DNA of 63,229 nucleotides, filler included, from Octopus bimaculoides (taxonomy: Eukaryota): NCBI RefSeq assembly GCF_001194135.2. It is 5 parts of 4 records of this genome, joined end to end, with 100 filler letters (N's around TTAATTAATTAA, not from the genome) between each part and the next. Parts side by side here need not be neighbours in the genome. Positions count along the whole stretch, not along the records: positions 46,043 to 55,464 come from NC_068993.1; positions 55,565 to 60,946 come from NC_068986.1; 3 more parts are not named here. The stretch is one strand, 5' to 3'. This document shows positions 46,043 to 58,846 of the stretch, piece after piece (position 1 is the stretch's first letter; each line of letters starts with the position of its first letter). The notes under the pieces were generated by a model that worked only from the letters and a program-made list of their open reading frames with translations, had not been told where the DNA came from and searched no databases. A program made the position numbers and the translations under genes.

Positions 46043-46419
46043 TATATATATATATATGTGTGTGTGTGTGTATATATGTATATATGTATATATATATATA
46101 TATATGTGTGTGTGCGTGTATGTATATATGTATGTATATATGTATGTATATATGTATGTTTCTGTCTGTATATATGTATATACATAGATATGTTGATGGA
46201 AACAGGTAAGATAGAACTCAAAAAACGTATATTTTTTTTTTAATCTTGGACTTTTGAGTCATTCTGTTTACTTCTGCTAAATATTAATAAAAAATATATA
46301 TGCGCACACACACATGCATATATACATAGATAGGTCCAGGCCATGTCTAACTTAATAGCACCACCTGGTGTCAGTGTGTATACATATCTTTGTATATATG
46401 TGCATGTATATAATTAGTT

Positions 46420-46515
46420 GATGTAAATAAATTAAGTACCAGTCAGGTACTGGAATCGATCTAATTGACTGGCTCCCTCCCCAAAAAGTTCAGCCTTGTA
46501 CCTTAGAGTAGAAAA
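46420..46515 (+). mobile_element. SINE family C 3' tail, degenerate
   Basis: AAATTAAGTACCAGT...GGAATCGATCTAATTGACT...CAGCCTTGTACC. Confidence 0.55.
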
Positions 46516-47379
46516 GATGTGTGTGTGTGTGTGTGTGTGTGTGCATACGCAAAAGTTAAAATATAGCAGTTCCAGTCCAGACAAGAAAGAACAGAATATT
46601 CTCTTTTGAAAGAACTATGTATCGAGCCCGAGTCGAGTGTCAAAATATATTTATTCTATAGAAAGTTCAAATTTCTTTACTCTGAGTTTGAATAATTAAA
46701 AATCTGAATAATTAAAAATTGTGTTGAAAAAAGGTAATTTTTAGAAAATCGAACCAAACGCACAAAGGAAACAGCAAGGAAGGAAATATTTGGTAGTTTT
46801 CAGAAAGAAGAATTTTTGTGTCTATAAAACTAAACAAATATAAAAAACAGTATAATGAAAGTATGATGTCGGAGACCATTGCAATACTCTGCCTTGCAAA
46901 GAGAACTTTTGTAGAGAAATGATGATATGTGAACACAGATCTCGTTATTCGACAGACTTATTTCAGATGAGTTGTAACAGTCACATATCAAATTTGTAAT
47001 TATGAAATACATGGTTAGTTACTAAATTGATTGGTGATATCAATATTGGATGATAAACTAGTAGCTTGGCATTAATGAAAGACTGTTGCACCAGTAGAGA
47101 CTACGTGGAATGAACAATATAACATCGAAATAAAAGAGCGAAGAGAAACTCTATGTAGAGGAACCAGATGATAATGATGGCCGTGGGTCACTGCGATGTT
47201 ATAATAAATGTCGGGTGGATAAAACTAGCTTGAAAACCTTGTTGAAAGAGTATTTACACCTGTAAGAATTTGTTTCGATACGACTCTACACGCCACTATA
47301 TCGATAGATTTGATAGAGAAGAGGTACAATGAAAATTCCGGATAAAATATATTCTAAAAGTAGATAAAATAGGGAAGAA

Positions 47380-47570
47380 AATATCGTAAGACAACGAAAA
47401 GTAAAAGAAATAAAACTGGTATATTTTGGAAATTATTTTCGAATCGCTATGAAAATCACATGAAATGTTAAAGAGAGAGATTATCGCTGGTTAGCCTATA
47501 GTGAATCCGCAGATATTGTAGCAAATTCTAAATTAATACCTATAATTATTGGATAGCACCTACCATTATT
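47380..47570 (+). mobile_element. Possible very decayed RLE-LINE C-terminal remnant
   Basis: KERDYRWLA...KLIPIIIG* resembles the K..KY.DL...IPIIIGALG motif. Confidence 0.3.
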
Positions 47571-48024
47571 GGTGCTATTGTTTGTTACCAAAATTCTACA
47601 GAAGAAGTCTGAAAGAATTTCTGAAGATAGAAAAGAAAATAAGAAACCGACACTGAGTTCTCTCAGTTCAGTTCCTGTAAAAATATTTCAATATCTCGAG
47701 ATAAAATATATGAAATATATAGAAAGATATTTAGATATAGAATATATAAAATACAAATATATTTAGATATAAAATATCTGAATATAAAATAAAACTAAAT
47801 ATCTTCTGAAAAAGCGAGATAAAAAAAAAAAGAAGAAAACAAGTCTCGTGCAGACCACCTCGATTTGATAATAAATATCAGTTTGTGTCTGTCGGAAGTG
47901 TCGAAGCTTTGAGGCAATGTGTTAATATTTACAAATCTTTGACATCTGACTAAATACCAACAAAATAACGTCTGGTTCTTTCATAAGAAACCAATTGTTG
48001 TTCTCTTCACTGAACAGCATTAAG

Positions 48025-48028
<4 letters not shown>

Positions 48029-48077
<49 letters not shown>
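48029..48077. repeat. (AG)n microsatellite
   Basis: Direct reading. Confidence 0.95.
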
Positions 48078-48080
<3 letters not shown>

Positions 48081-49235
48081 AAAAGAAGAAGAAGAAGAAG
48101 CACGCTGAAGATTCTATTGCAGATTTCTAATACAATATAATTGGAGGCAAGTTGTGCTCTTATTGAAATGTTGGTTTGCCACAAAAGGAATATTTACAAA
48201 TCATTCTCATGAAACTTCAAGCAAATGCAATTATTATTGAGATGATAGGATAAAAAATAGAAGGAAAAAAGAAATTCATCAAAAACTAAAAGCAAACAAA
48301 TAGACAAACTGTATATTTGATCCAAAGTCAGCGATATGGAAAAAATAAAAATAAAAATAAAACTGATGGGGAAAAAATTGCTTCAGAACTTGTAGTTTCT
48401 CTCGGTTGATTATTAAGTGTCAAATATTTATCTCTAACTGTTGGTTCACTTCGATACGTGACTAAATATTTGAGCAGTTACTTTGAGTAAGTGATAGTGT
48501 TTGATTAGTTCAATCAGCGGGAGAATAAGAGTATGTAAGACTTTTCTAAACTCCATCATATCTTTCTACTTCCTTTTTTATGTTTTTGATTTATTTTTCT
48601 TCTCAAAGAGAAAAAAAAACCCTGTTTTTTATTATTTAAAGAACGAACTTTTCTTTATTGAAGAGAAATAAAAAAGGGGGAAAAAAATGAAAACCAACCT
48701 ATGAAACCTAAAGATGTGTTGTCCGGTGTAATGAAGTGATGAAAGGTGGCGGTGTATCTCAATATGGTCAGTCAATAGTGATTATTAACGGCGGGTGGGA
48801 GGAGGTCAGTTGTGAAGCTGTGTCGGTCAATGGTTGCGTATTGTAGTCACGGTCTGTGCGAACTGGACGTGCAGGCATGAAGGCGTACAGGAATGGATGC
48901 ATGTATGTACATATAGGTGTGTGTGTGTGGATACATAAATATATATGTGCCCATGGGGAGAATCTATGGATGTGTGTGCATTTTTGTGGGTATCTTGTAT
49001 AGAATCGTGTATGCGTGTGTAAATGAGTGGATTTCTGTGAGCATGTGTTGGCGCTTGTGTGCGCATTTTTGCGCGAATATATAAGATTATGTATGATTGT
49101 ATATACATCTATGTATGCACGTGTGCACATGATTGTGTGTTTGTGAGTGAGTGGGTGAACGCGTGTGCGTATGTGCGTGTGCTTGTGTTTATACGCGTGT
49201 GTCTATGCTTGTGTGTGTATTGATATATATATATA

Positions 49236-49276
<41 letters not shown>

Positions 49277-49579
49277 GTGTACGAACTCTGTGTTTAGATA
49301 TGTATATGTAATATGTGTGTGTGTGAAGCTCTGGCTTCGTGACTGAAAGCGAATGTGTATATGTAAGTGTGGCATGTACACATATGTTGTATATTCGTGT
49401 ACATGTGCGTGTGTGTGAGAGAGAGAGGGAGAGAGAGAGTAAGACAAAGAGAGAGAAAGAAACAGATAGAGAGGGGGACGGAAGAGAGATAACGAATCTA
49501 TCAGCTTTAAATTTAAAGACATCAAGCCACAAGCAAATAAGATGTGTGTGTGTCTGTCTGTCTGTTTGTCTGCGTGTGT

Positions 49580-49645
49580 GGGGGAGGTGGTGGGGGCTAC
49601 TATATAAGCTGCGGTTGTAGAATTAGCTTAAATCAATTAGCGCCC
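49580..49645 (+). promoter_or_regulatory. Candidate Pol II core promoter (TATA box plus Inr-like)
   Basis: CTATATAAGC at 49600-49609 with TCAATT at 49633-49638 (about 32 nt from TATAAG), a G-rich box upstream and unique CpG-containing sequence downstream. Confidence 0.3.
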
Positions 49646-49988
49646 TCCTACCACTATGTCTGGCTGTTATCCACAGAGATGACTGCCAACTCTGGTTCAA
49701 TTCTCACCAACACCATCGAATGAAACAGAATAACTCACTCGACCAACCAACAGTAACCCCACTGTGGGGCCAGGGGCGTGCACATTCGGCCCCCACGACC
49801 AGGGGACACTTTTACTGCGTTTGAGGAATTCTACTACTTATCTGGATGACCGACAGAAGGAATATTGATTTGTCTAGAAATAGATGAGATGGCATCACAT
49901 ACACATAATACATATTCTATATATTACATTATATTGTATATATACACACACACACACACAAAGATATATATGCATATATACATATTTA

Positions 49989-50021
<33 letters not shown>

Positions 50022-50049
50022 GTCAAATAGAATAATCGAACAATAAAAT

Positions 50050-50220
50050 TAACAAATAACAAAACAACAAGAGGACGTGTACATGGAATGTATTAGTTCG
50101 TCACTCAGTAAAGGTGGAAAAAAAAGAGAGGATTTTTGACGTTTCGAGCATTGCTCCTCGTCAGAAGGGAAAACAGAAAAGTCCAGAGAAGGAAAATTAT
50201 CACGAACAGCACGTGTGTGG
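50050..50220 (-). mobile_element. Penelope-like terminal-repeat remnant with a minimal hammerhead-like core (50138-50164)
   Basis: Minus strand CTGACGA-G-GAGC(AAT)GCTC-GAAA-C-GTC; flank similar to 24015-24180. Confidence 0.55.
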
Positions 50221-50379
50221 TTACATACACACATACATACACACACACATACATACAAACATACACACATACATACATGCATACATACATACATACATAC
50301 ATACACACGCACACACTCACACACACATACATTCACATTTGTTTTTATGTCAACTTATATATTAAACCAATTTGACATC

Positions 50380-50500
50380 AGTTTCAAATTTTGGCACAAG
50401 GCCGAAATGAGTGCTCAACAGGTATTTAATTTAACAACCGCGAAAGGATGACAGGCAAAGTCGACCACGACGGAATTTGAACTCAGAACGTAAAGACGGA
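50380..50500 (-). mobile_element. SINE family C fragment
   Basis: GAAAGGATGACAGGCAAAGTCGACCACGACGGAATTTGAACTCAGAACGTAAAG. Confidence 0.85.
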
Positions 50501-51056
50501 CTGTGTGTGAATGTGTTTACGTAAATATGTTTGTGCGTGTATATATATACATATACATATCCACATACATACATATATATCTATATGTGTGTATATATGT
50601 GTGTGTGTGTGTGTGTCACACACATGCAAAATCTCATACACACAATATATTTATACTCGGGGACGCACACACACACACAGACACACACACATAGAAACAC
50701 GTGCACGCCCGATCAGACGTGATCGTTTGCGAGCGTGCTTGGGTTTACGCAATTCGAACTTCGAATCACAAGCTTACACAATCGAACATAAACGTTAGCC
50801 GCAACATGACGTAACGCAAGGTAACATAACGCAACACCGTAACTCAGCCGCTTCTGGCCTATGGACCACCACCAATGAATCCAGACAACAATCTTTGATT
50901 AGTTTCCAAAGAGACGAGACTTCAGTTGGCGCCACCTATCACACAAACCACGCAAAATAAATACAACACCGACCGACCTTACATGAAAGTCTACGCTGGT
51001 CAACAGGAGAGGATCTCTTTTGTTTGTTGTTGTTGCTTTCTGCTCGTTGACGACAT

Positions 51057-51087
51057 TGATTGACAGGGGGCGGCGGGGGCGGCGGGG
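51057..51087 (+). promoter_or_regulatory. Pbx-Meis/Prep decamer immediately followed by tandem GC boxes
   Basis: TGATTGACAG (51057-51066), then GGGGGCGGCGGGGGCGGCGGGG, in unique sequence. Confidence 0.3.
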
Positions 51088-51497
51088 AGTTTGTTTGCCC
51101 CGTCGTTCTTCCAAACTGGCTGTTTGTATGTTCTCTTAGTTGAGTCTATACAATAAAATAAGTATTGGAGCGGCAGTAGTTTGCTGTTAACTGCCGCCTT
51201 CGTCATCAGATTTCACCAGCCAAAGTGAAGAGTGTATCGAACGGAGATAATTTGATTTTCGGCCTCTAATTTAGGTCATTTGCCCAAACAAACCTGAACG
51301 ACATTGTCAGTCCCCTGTTTTTGTCATGCTGTTGAGTCAATTTATTCATTACACACTCATACACACACACACACATGCATACATACACACACATATACAC
51401 ATATGTACATATATAGTTATATAATAAACATATAAACCGATATACGTTAAAAAAAGAAACGTATATGCACGCATGTATGTGTGTGTGTGTGTATGCA

Positions 51498-51528
<31 letters not shown>

Positions 51529-51714
51529 AGTTTTAGTTGTGAGCGCTCATCTCAACCAAACTGCTGTGTGTAAAGTAAATTTATTGCAGGAAATCGAAAT
51601 CACTCTCAGTTCTGATCTTCCAGTCTAAAGAATCGATTGTTGAAACTGACAGTTACTGGAATACATTGATCTTTCTGATTTTCTGTGTGCGTGTGCGTGC
51701 AAGCGCGCGCGCGA

Positions 51715-51905
51715 GCGTGTGTCTTGTTCATTCGTCACTGTCTTTTGAGAACCGGTGTTGGTTTGTTTATGCGCCCGTGTCTGGTGGTTCGGCAAAAAGA
51801 GACCGATAGAATAAGTACCAGACTTATATAAATACTGAGATCAATTTGTTCAAAGAAACCTGTCAAGGTGGCGGCCCAAGATGGCTGCAGTTTAATGGCT
51901 GAAAC
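51715..51905 (+). mobile_element. SINE family A 3' half
   Basis: GGTTCGGCAAAAAGAGACCGATAGAATAAGTACC...GGCTGCAGTTTAATGGCTGAAAC. Confidence 0.8.
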
Positions 51906-51915
51906 ACACACACAC

Positions 51916-51962
<47 letters not shown>

Positions 51963-52234
51963 AGAGACAAGCAGATACGTGTGTGCATGTTTGACCCAGT
52001 GCCAGTAGAATATCCTCTGAAGAGACTGGCACTGCTTCTTGCCGTTAGCTCTGGTCTTTGGTTTCTCTCAATCCGATAATTTAGTTCCGCAGGCTCAGTC
52101 CATTTAGCTGCAAATATCAAAGTTTCGTAAGGTTAGCGGCTGCGTAAAACCACCGCTGAGGTGGGTATGTATAGCTGAATGGCGGAAGGGGGTCCGGCTT
52201 AACTTGCCTTGAACATATGACGAGATTTTTCATT

Positions 52235-52375
52235 GAAGAATATTACGAAATATATTACATGATCAGTGCTACGACGAATATGATGATGCCTATACGAGGA
52301 ATCTTATGACGAATGATATGACGGATATTATGATGAATCTTATGACAATACAATGGATATTATGAAAAACAATAT
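52235..52375 (+). repeat. Degenerate 12-bp minisatellite (GAATMTTATGAY-like)
   Basis: GAATATTACGAA, GAATCTTATGAC (x2), GAATGATATGAC, GGATATTATGAT, GGATATTATGAA. Confidence 0.65.
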
Positions 52376-53099
52376 GTTAATACAATATTACGCCTAACGT
52401 TGCGGTTTCAAACAAATCGACATATTTTAGCAGCCATTTGTAACGTTTCTGATGAAACTGCTAAATATAGAAATATTTATTTCCCCAAAACAATATGCAA
52501 TATCTGTGATTTCGGTTTCGAGTTCCAGGTCGGGCGACCCCTTTTCGTGACCCTGTTTTGTTTTATTTTCCTGACCACTTGTATATTTGTTTCTGCCCCA
52601 GACATCTGACACCTCTCACTCGCAGCGGGACATAAACGAAACATGAAACCCAGCCTTCATCACTGCCGCAGTATTTCCTGTGTTTTATGTTTCATTTACA
52701 AATATTTTGTTACTAACATTTGGCTGTTGCTCTTGTTCAAAATTGAATACGTCTTATTTTGCCTTATAAGTTGTTTCACATGCATGCATATTAGATAGAT
52801 AGATAGATGCGTTTATATTTAATTTTACTCTCTGCTCTAATCGTGAGATCTACAAACGACCTCTGGTGATTTTCCCCGACAAACACAAGGAGGGGTGGAT
52901 ATTAAATTTCCATGGGAGATAATAGAATGATGACCTCTCATTTGCTTCCTTAGTGTCTATTTTACAAAAGACCACCTTGTCGGCAAGATCCACACAAGCT
53001 CATTACATCCGCCCTGGCATTGTTCGGATCAAATACCGCAATACTAAAATCTCTTCACTCCATTGCCCTGTCCAGGTTCCTTGTTATATCAAACTCGAA

Positions 53100-53560
53100 C
53101 GGATAAAAGCCAAAATTGATCTCAGTGAGATTCGAACTCAGAACATAAAGAGCGAATACTGCCAATTATTTTGTCCGACCCTTTTACGCTTCTCCCAATT
53201 CGCAGCTTTCTACTTCACAACGCTGCCACAAAGAATTTGCTATAAATATCGGTTTCTAATTTATACACAAAGCCAGCCATTTTGGAAAAAAAGGTCCCAG
53301 AACTTGGCTAGTACTTTATCTTATCGACCCCGAACGAATGAAAGACAAAGATGACCTCAGCGGAATTTGAACTCAGAATATAAAAGCAGAATCAATGTCT
53401 CAAAGCATATTCCCGCCGCTCTACAGATTCTGCCAGCTCGAAGCCTTAATCTTGCCACAAACGATGGTTTCTGATTTAGGCACAAGTTCAGCACTTCTGA
53501 GAGGAGCGGATTAATCGATATCATTGATCTCAGTATTTCACTGGTAATTTGTTTTATCGA
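53100..53560 (-). mobile_element. Three tandem SINE family C fragments
   Basis: Cores at about 53100-53212, 53275-53450 and 53455-53560. Confidence 0.75.
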
Positions 53561-55068
53561 GCAGTGCTGCAAATAACGCCAATTCCGTTGATTTAAGTTC
53601 TACAATAATACAAGGTTTACGAAAGCCCTATTCTTTAGTCTGCACCTCTGAGTCTTGATATCATAGTAGAGACATGATACTCTCAACATTTTCACCAATC
53701 AAACATCGAAAGGGATTTCTTTAAGACATTTGCAAGTAAATGTCAGGTATTTAGTTTCATTGTTTTCAATAAGTCATGGAAACCTCATTCGTAACGTAGA
53801 GTTTCATAATATGAAACCTGTTTTACTATTGTTACATAGAAGTCAATGAACATGGAATTCAAGGCAAAGATAGGTAATTATATACTTACACACACACACA
53901 CACACACATACACACGTGTGTGTGTGTGTGTGTGCGCGCGCGTCTATAATACATACATACACATGCGTGCGCATATATATATGTAAAGATATATAGGCTG
54001 AAGTAAAATATTTGAGAGGAAAACTCTTCAGAAAAAAAAGATACATTCGGGTGTTACACATGTCATATGGGCAGGAAAAAGTGAATGGAGGTATATTTTC
54101 TTATATTAAAATTTATATTATGGATGTAAGACCGCAGCACATGTTTCAGAATAAAGTTATGTATACTCCTGATAATGTTAAATTCAGTGCAGTTGACAGA
54201 GAGCGATGAAACTCCGGTTTCTGAGCCAACAGGCAAACATGTAAGTAACCGTTGGTCCTGCAGCGTTGGGTGAACAGGGTGTCGTAAAGAGAACCAACAA
54301 TATAGGGTAGTCACGGCTGGAATGGATTTGAGTTACCATGCGCCTCAGCTCAACAATAACAGCACGCAACACCTGCTTGTGATTTGAACCCCCGTCGATT
54401 AAAGAAGAAATCCCAGGAGATATTGAATGAAGCCACCAGAGGTAATGTGTGTGTGTGTGTGTGTGTGTTTGTGTGTGTGTAGAAGGAAGGATGGGAAAAT
54501 ATTATGAAGGAAAGGGAATTTGTTAAATATTGCTTCCTATTTGTTCATATTGACAAAACGGATGAAATCCGTCGTTATATAGGAAAGACATTCTTAAACA
54601 CATTTTAAGTCTTCCTCTCTCACTCAACGGTAAACAGGGAACCGAAAACAAATAACAACTAAATACAGACACACAGGGTGGTGATAAATGCTTTGATATG
54701 CTCCTTCTTTTCTACTTCCTCCTCCTCCTCCTCCTCCTAATAATAATAATAATAATGATAATAATAATAATAATAATAATGATAATAACTATCCGGTGTC
54801 TAGTTCAAACAACTATTTATCTTTATTTAATTATGGTCTTTCAATGACAAATATTGAAGAGACTGTCATAAATGGAAGTTCAGGAGGGGACATTCACACA
54901 CACACACACACACACACNNNNNNNNNNNNNNNNNNNNNNNNNNNNNNNNNNNNNNNNNNNNNNNNNNNNNNNNNNNNNNNNNNNNNNNNNNNNNNNNNNN
55001 NNNNNNNNNNNNNNNNNNNNNNNNNNNNNNNNNNNNNNNNNNNNNNNNNNNNNNNNNNNNNNNNNNNN

Positions 55069-55114
<46 letters not shown>

Positions 55115-55354
55115 GTGCATGTATGTATCTAGCTTTGTATTGCATGCCACTCTATCAACGGACGGTGATGTCTCACGAGAAAGATGACTTTAAATCATTT
55201 CTCTGATGATAAAGTGTATGATGATTGCTTCCTCGGCAAGAAAATTTCAGTAAACAATTTCGAGAAGATATATTAAATTATTGGCCACTATTTACATTAA
55301 TCCTACTGTAAGTTGCAAACACAGCTTATGTCTATAAGCCTGCTCGCGCGCGCA

Positions 55355-55402
<48 letters not shown>

Positions 55403-55464
55403 GCTAGATACATAGATAGATATACTGATATAAGACATAACAATCTTATATACATGCATGTATA

Positions 55465-55564
55465 NNNNNNNNNNNNNNNNNNNNNNNNNNNNNNNNNNNN
55501 NNNNNNNNTTAATTAATTAANNNNNNNNNNNNNNNNNNNNNNNNNNNNNNNNNNNNNNNNNNNN
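55465..55564. other. Synthetic scaffold spacer with TTAATTAATTAA
   Basis: 12-mer at 55509-55520 inside an N run. Confidence 0.95.
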
Positions 55565-55596
<32 letters not shown>

Positions 55597-55598
<2 letters not shown>

Positions 55599-55795
55599 GG
55601 GGGATGGACAAAATAACTAGTATCCTAGTATCCTATTTGTGAAATATCTATAAAACCGTCAAAATGTTGATTATTTTGTTATTATCTCGAACAAGTCATC
55701 CTTTACTTTATTTTCGATCAGCGGCCGAGTATACGTGTGGAAACAGCCAAAAGAAGCATTTAGCCAAGACTGCCTTCTTCCAACTGTTAAACATG
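55597..55795 (+). mobile_element. Tc1-family 5' remnant
   Basis: TACGGGGGATGGACAAAATAA resembles the TIR at about 21185-21210; CLLPTVKH motif at about 55770-55795. Confidence 0.55.
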
Positions 55796-56045
55796 AAAGA
55801 AAAAAGTTCTTAAAGGCAAAAATTTTGCAAATGTGGACGAGGTGATGAAAAAAGCGACGGGAGAGTTAAAAGGCATCACTTCGCAAGAGTTGCAGAACTG
55901 CTTCGAACGTTAGAGATAGCGTCTGGACCGATGCATCGCTTCAAATGAAGAATACTTTGAAGGCGATGAAAGTGTAAACATGCAAAGCTAAGTGAATAAA
56001 ATAATATTGCAAACTTCCGATTTCTTTTGGGTACTCCATCGTATG
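55795..56045 (+). mobile_element. Mariner transposase C-terminus and 3' TIR remnant
   Basis: LKGKNFANVDEVMKKATGELKGITSQELQNCFER*..RLDRCIASNEEYFEGD, then AACTTCCGATTTCTTTTGGGTACTCCATCGTA. Confidence 0.8.
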
Positions 56046-57039
56046 ATGTATAAGGTAAACTAGCAAATATTTCCTAGTGCGAACATAAAATTAATGCCTG
56101 AGCAATAAAAGGACAAATGTCACTAATGAATTCTAAAACATTCTGGAGGGATTTCATGATACACCTCAACTATATCGAACTCAACTTCATTGAAATACAT
56201 AAATCCATAAATGTTCTTACATTCCATGTTACTGAATCACTCAATACTCTGTAAACTATAATGAAATAATAAAATATAATTAACCAATGTAAGTTTGGAA
56301 CTGAGAGAATCTGTAACATTCTTAGAGATTCTACCTATTTCACTCCTCGTGCCTTTATTAAGGTAATTTGCAGTTGGCAAGAAAATCATCAGAATGATCT
56401 TTGAAAGTAATGCACGTTTCATGGTCGATATAATCATAAATTTTCTACTATATCATTCATTTTTAGGCCCATTGTTCTTCTCTTCCTAATTTTATATCAT
56501 GGAAAATTCGAGAATTAGTTTTCTTTTACATATTGGCAATATTGTTGGGTACCTCTTGTATATGCTTCTGTTGTACATAAGCTTGGTCTGGTTTGAGGAA
56601 ACATGGATGAGTCTGGAAGTTTTAATTTTAGTATATATTTGTGTAACATGTTTTTACAGTTGTTAACTGAAAATGGTGCAAAGAAATGAAATATTTTGAT
56701 CCGTGGAAGGAATTTACAACCTCTGAAGTTGAATTCGTTTTCCATAGCAGTATTTGCACTCCAACCCATAGTCGAAGAATATCATGTAATATCTCTTCTT
56801 CTTTATTATGCACTCAATTTTTCTTTAATTCATTACAAATGTTTAACTTTTACGATTGTAGAGCACAGCTTTTGCAGAAATTTCAGTGGGTTATTTTCCC
56901 ATTGTAATTCCATCACTGAACAATGCCCGAAAAATTTGTTAGGCGAAAGTTCGTCTGTACAAGCAAGATAAAAAGTACTCAAAACATGAAATATATGCGG
57001 ATGTTTCATTAGAAGCTGTGACATCTTGAGTCATTACTC

Positions 57040-57400
57040 CGAGTTTCACATTACCAATGATTTATATTGGATTGGGAAAGGAGTGTTATATTATAAAAAC
57101 AAAAAATATTCGCAAAGGTATAAAAATATGATTAATCATTTATATTTGATTGATTGCCAAAACAGTATTAAAAAATTCACCACACATCCATCCATTACAT
57201 TTCATCATTTACAGAACATATTATAGATACCTTGATTCATGTACAAAAACACGTGATATTTTCATATTTCTAATAGTTTATTTAGAAAACATGAAATCAA
57301 GGAATGTGGTTGTTATTAATGAAGTTTTAATTTCGGTGAATATATATTTTTTTAATAACAAGACCACCCTGCAACTATCCATTATGTAGTTAAATAAATA
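57040..57400 (+). mobile_element. Possible decayed Penelope-like RT remnant
   Basis: ORF fragments YYKNKKYSQ and YRTYYRYLDS loosely resemble Penelope F.N..Y.Q and .RY.DD motifs; heavily degraded. Confidence 0.25.
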
Positions 57401-57589
57401 ATTTTAATCCTCTTGTATTCGGAAATTCCTCAAGAAATAGCGATAGATGTATCTACTAGAATTTATTCGTTTAGAATTTTGTGGAGATATATTCCAGTTA
57501 CGGACATGAAGATTAATATATCATTATAAGTACCTTAATTCTGTACGAAACCAGCAATTTGTTGAAGAGAAGATGAAGCTGTACTTATC

Positions 57590-57715
57590 TTACCAGCCCT
57601 GAAATGATGAGAAAAAGTCGACTCCGGTAACATTTGAATTTAGAACGTAAAGACCGGAATAAATTTCGTTAAGTATTTTGTCCGACGCGCTAAAACATCT
57701 GCCATCACGCCGCCT
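57590..57715 (-). mobile_element. SINE family C fragment
   Basis: AAAGTCGACTCCGGTAACATTTGAATTTAGAACGTAAAG...TTTTGTCCGACGCGCTAA...CGCCGCC. Confidence 0.75.
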
Positions 57716-58722
57716 TATATGTACACATAAATTTTCATAAATATACATAGGAAAACTTTGCTGTATAACGATAATTACTTTACTCATTAAGTTAATGATC
57801 AGAAAATGCATTTCATAAACCAAGGGATTGTAATTTAGGCAGCGATTTTGCGTATATGACTTATATCGGAAACGATTCTGTTCCACACAGCTCGGACTTC
57901 ACTGTGATGATGGACTACGCAAAGTACGAAGCATGAATGATCACACATTGGATTCTATCAACATGCCAGAAAACTTATAGTCAAGGGCTACAGTAGGTAC
58001 GCATCTAAGTCGAGTTAATTTGTTTAAATGATTATAGATTTACATGTTGGTAAATACCGAATTTAACGTAATCCTAAAGAGAAATTCTGGTATATAAATT
58101 CAGCATATTATGGCTAAGTATTCTATCTTAATCTATAAGAACTTAATTTAAAATATTTGTAAGCATGTATCCAGTATATCCCTCGATAAGATATTCGTTA
58201 TTCATTCAGCCTATTATAGCAGTAAAGCATTAAAGAACAGTAGCTTTGAAGATGCAGTAAAGTAAATCGAAAATAACATTGAAATTCATAAACAGAAAAC
58301 TCGGAAACGAATATTAAATAGCATACTATTACTAATAGTTTAAAACATACTTCTTAATCCTACCAAGAATTCATTAAACGGTATGAATATCTTTTCCACA
58401 CATTTTGAAGATATAATAAGAGCTTTAATGGCAAGGGAAATTACAATTACACAAAATATTTGCAGCTTCCATAGTTAGCATAATCAGATGAAACAATTCC
58501 ACGACGAATATAGAAACCGTTCAGAAGATCAATGTATACAAAGAGATGATCTCATATGTACAACCATCCACGCGCAACCACCAGTTAATTTTCTCATATC
58601 TCTTACGGCGAAATTTGGTATCCCATTCATCGTTTTTTTTTTCTGTTACATTCTACAAACAGATCAGCAATTAAGAACCCAGTGTGTGTGTTTGTGCGTG
58701 TGTGCATGTGTATGAATGTATG

Positions 58723-58846
<124 letters not shown>

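Noticed and set aside
46358-46371. CTCF-like motif (minus strand ACACCAGGTGGTGC)
   Set aside because: A single imperfect match in 63 kb is expected by chance.
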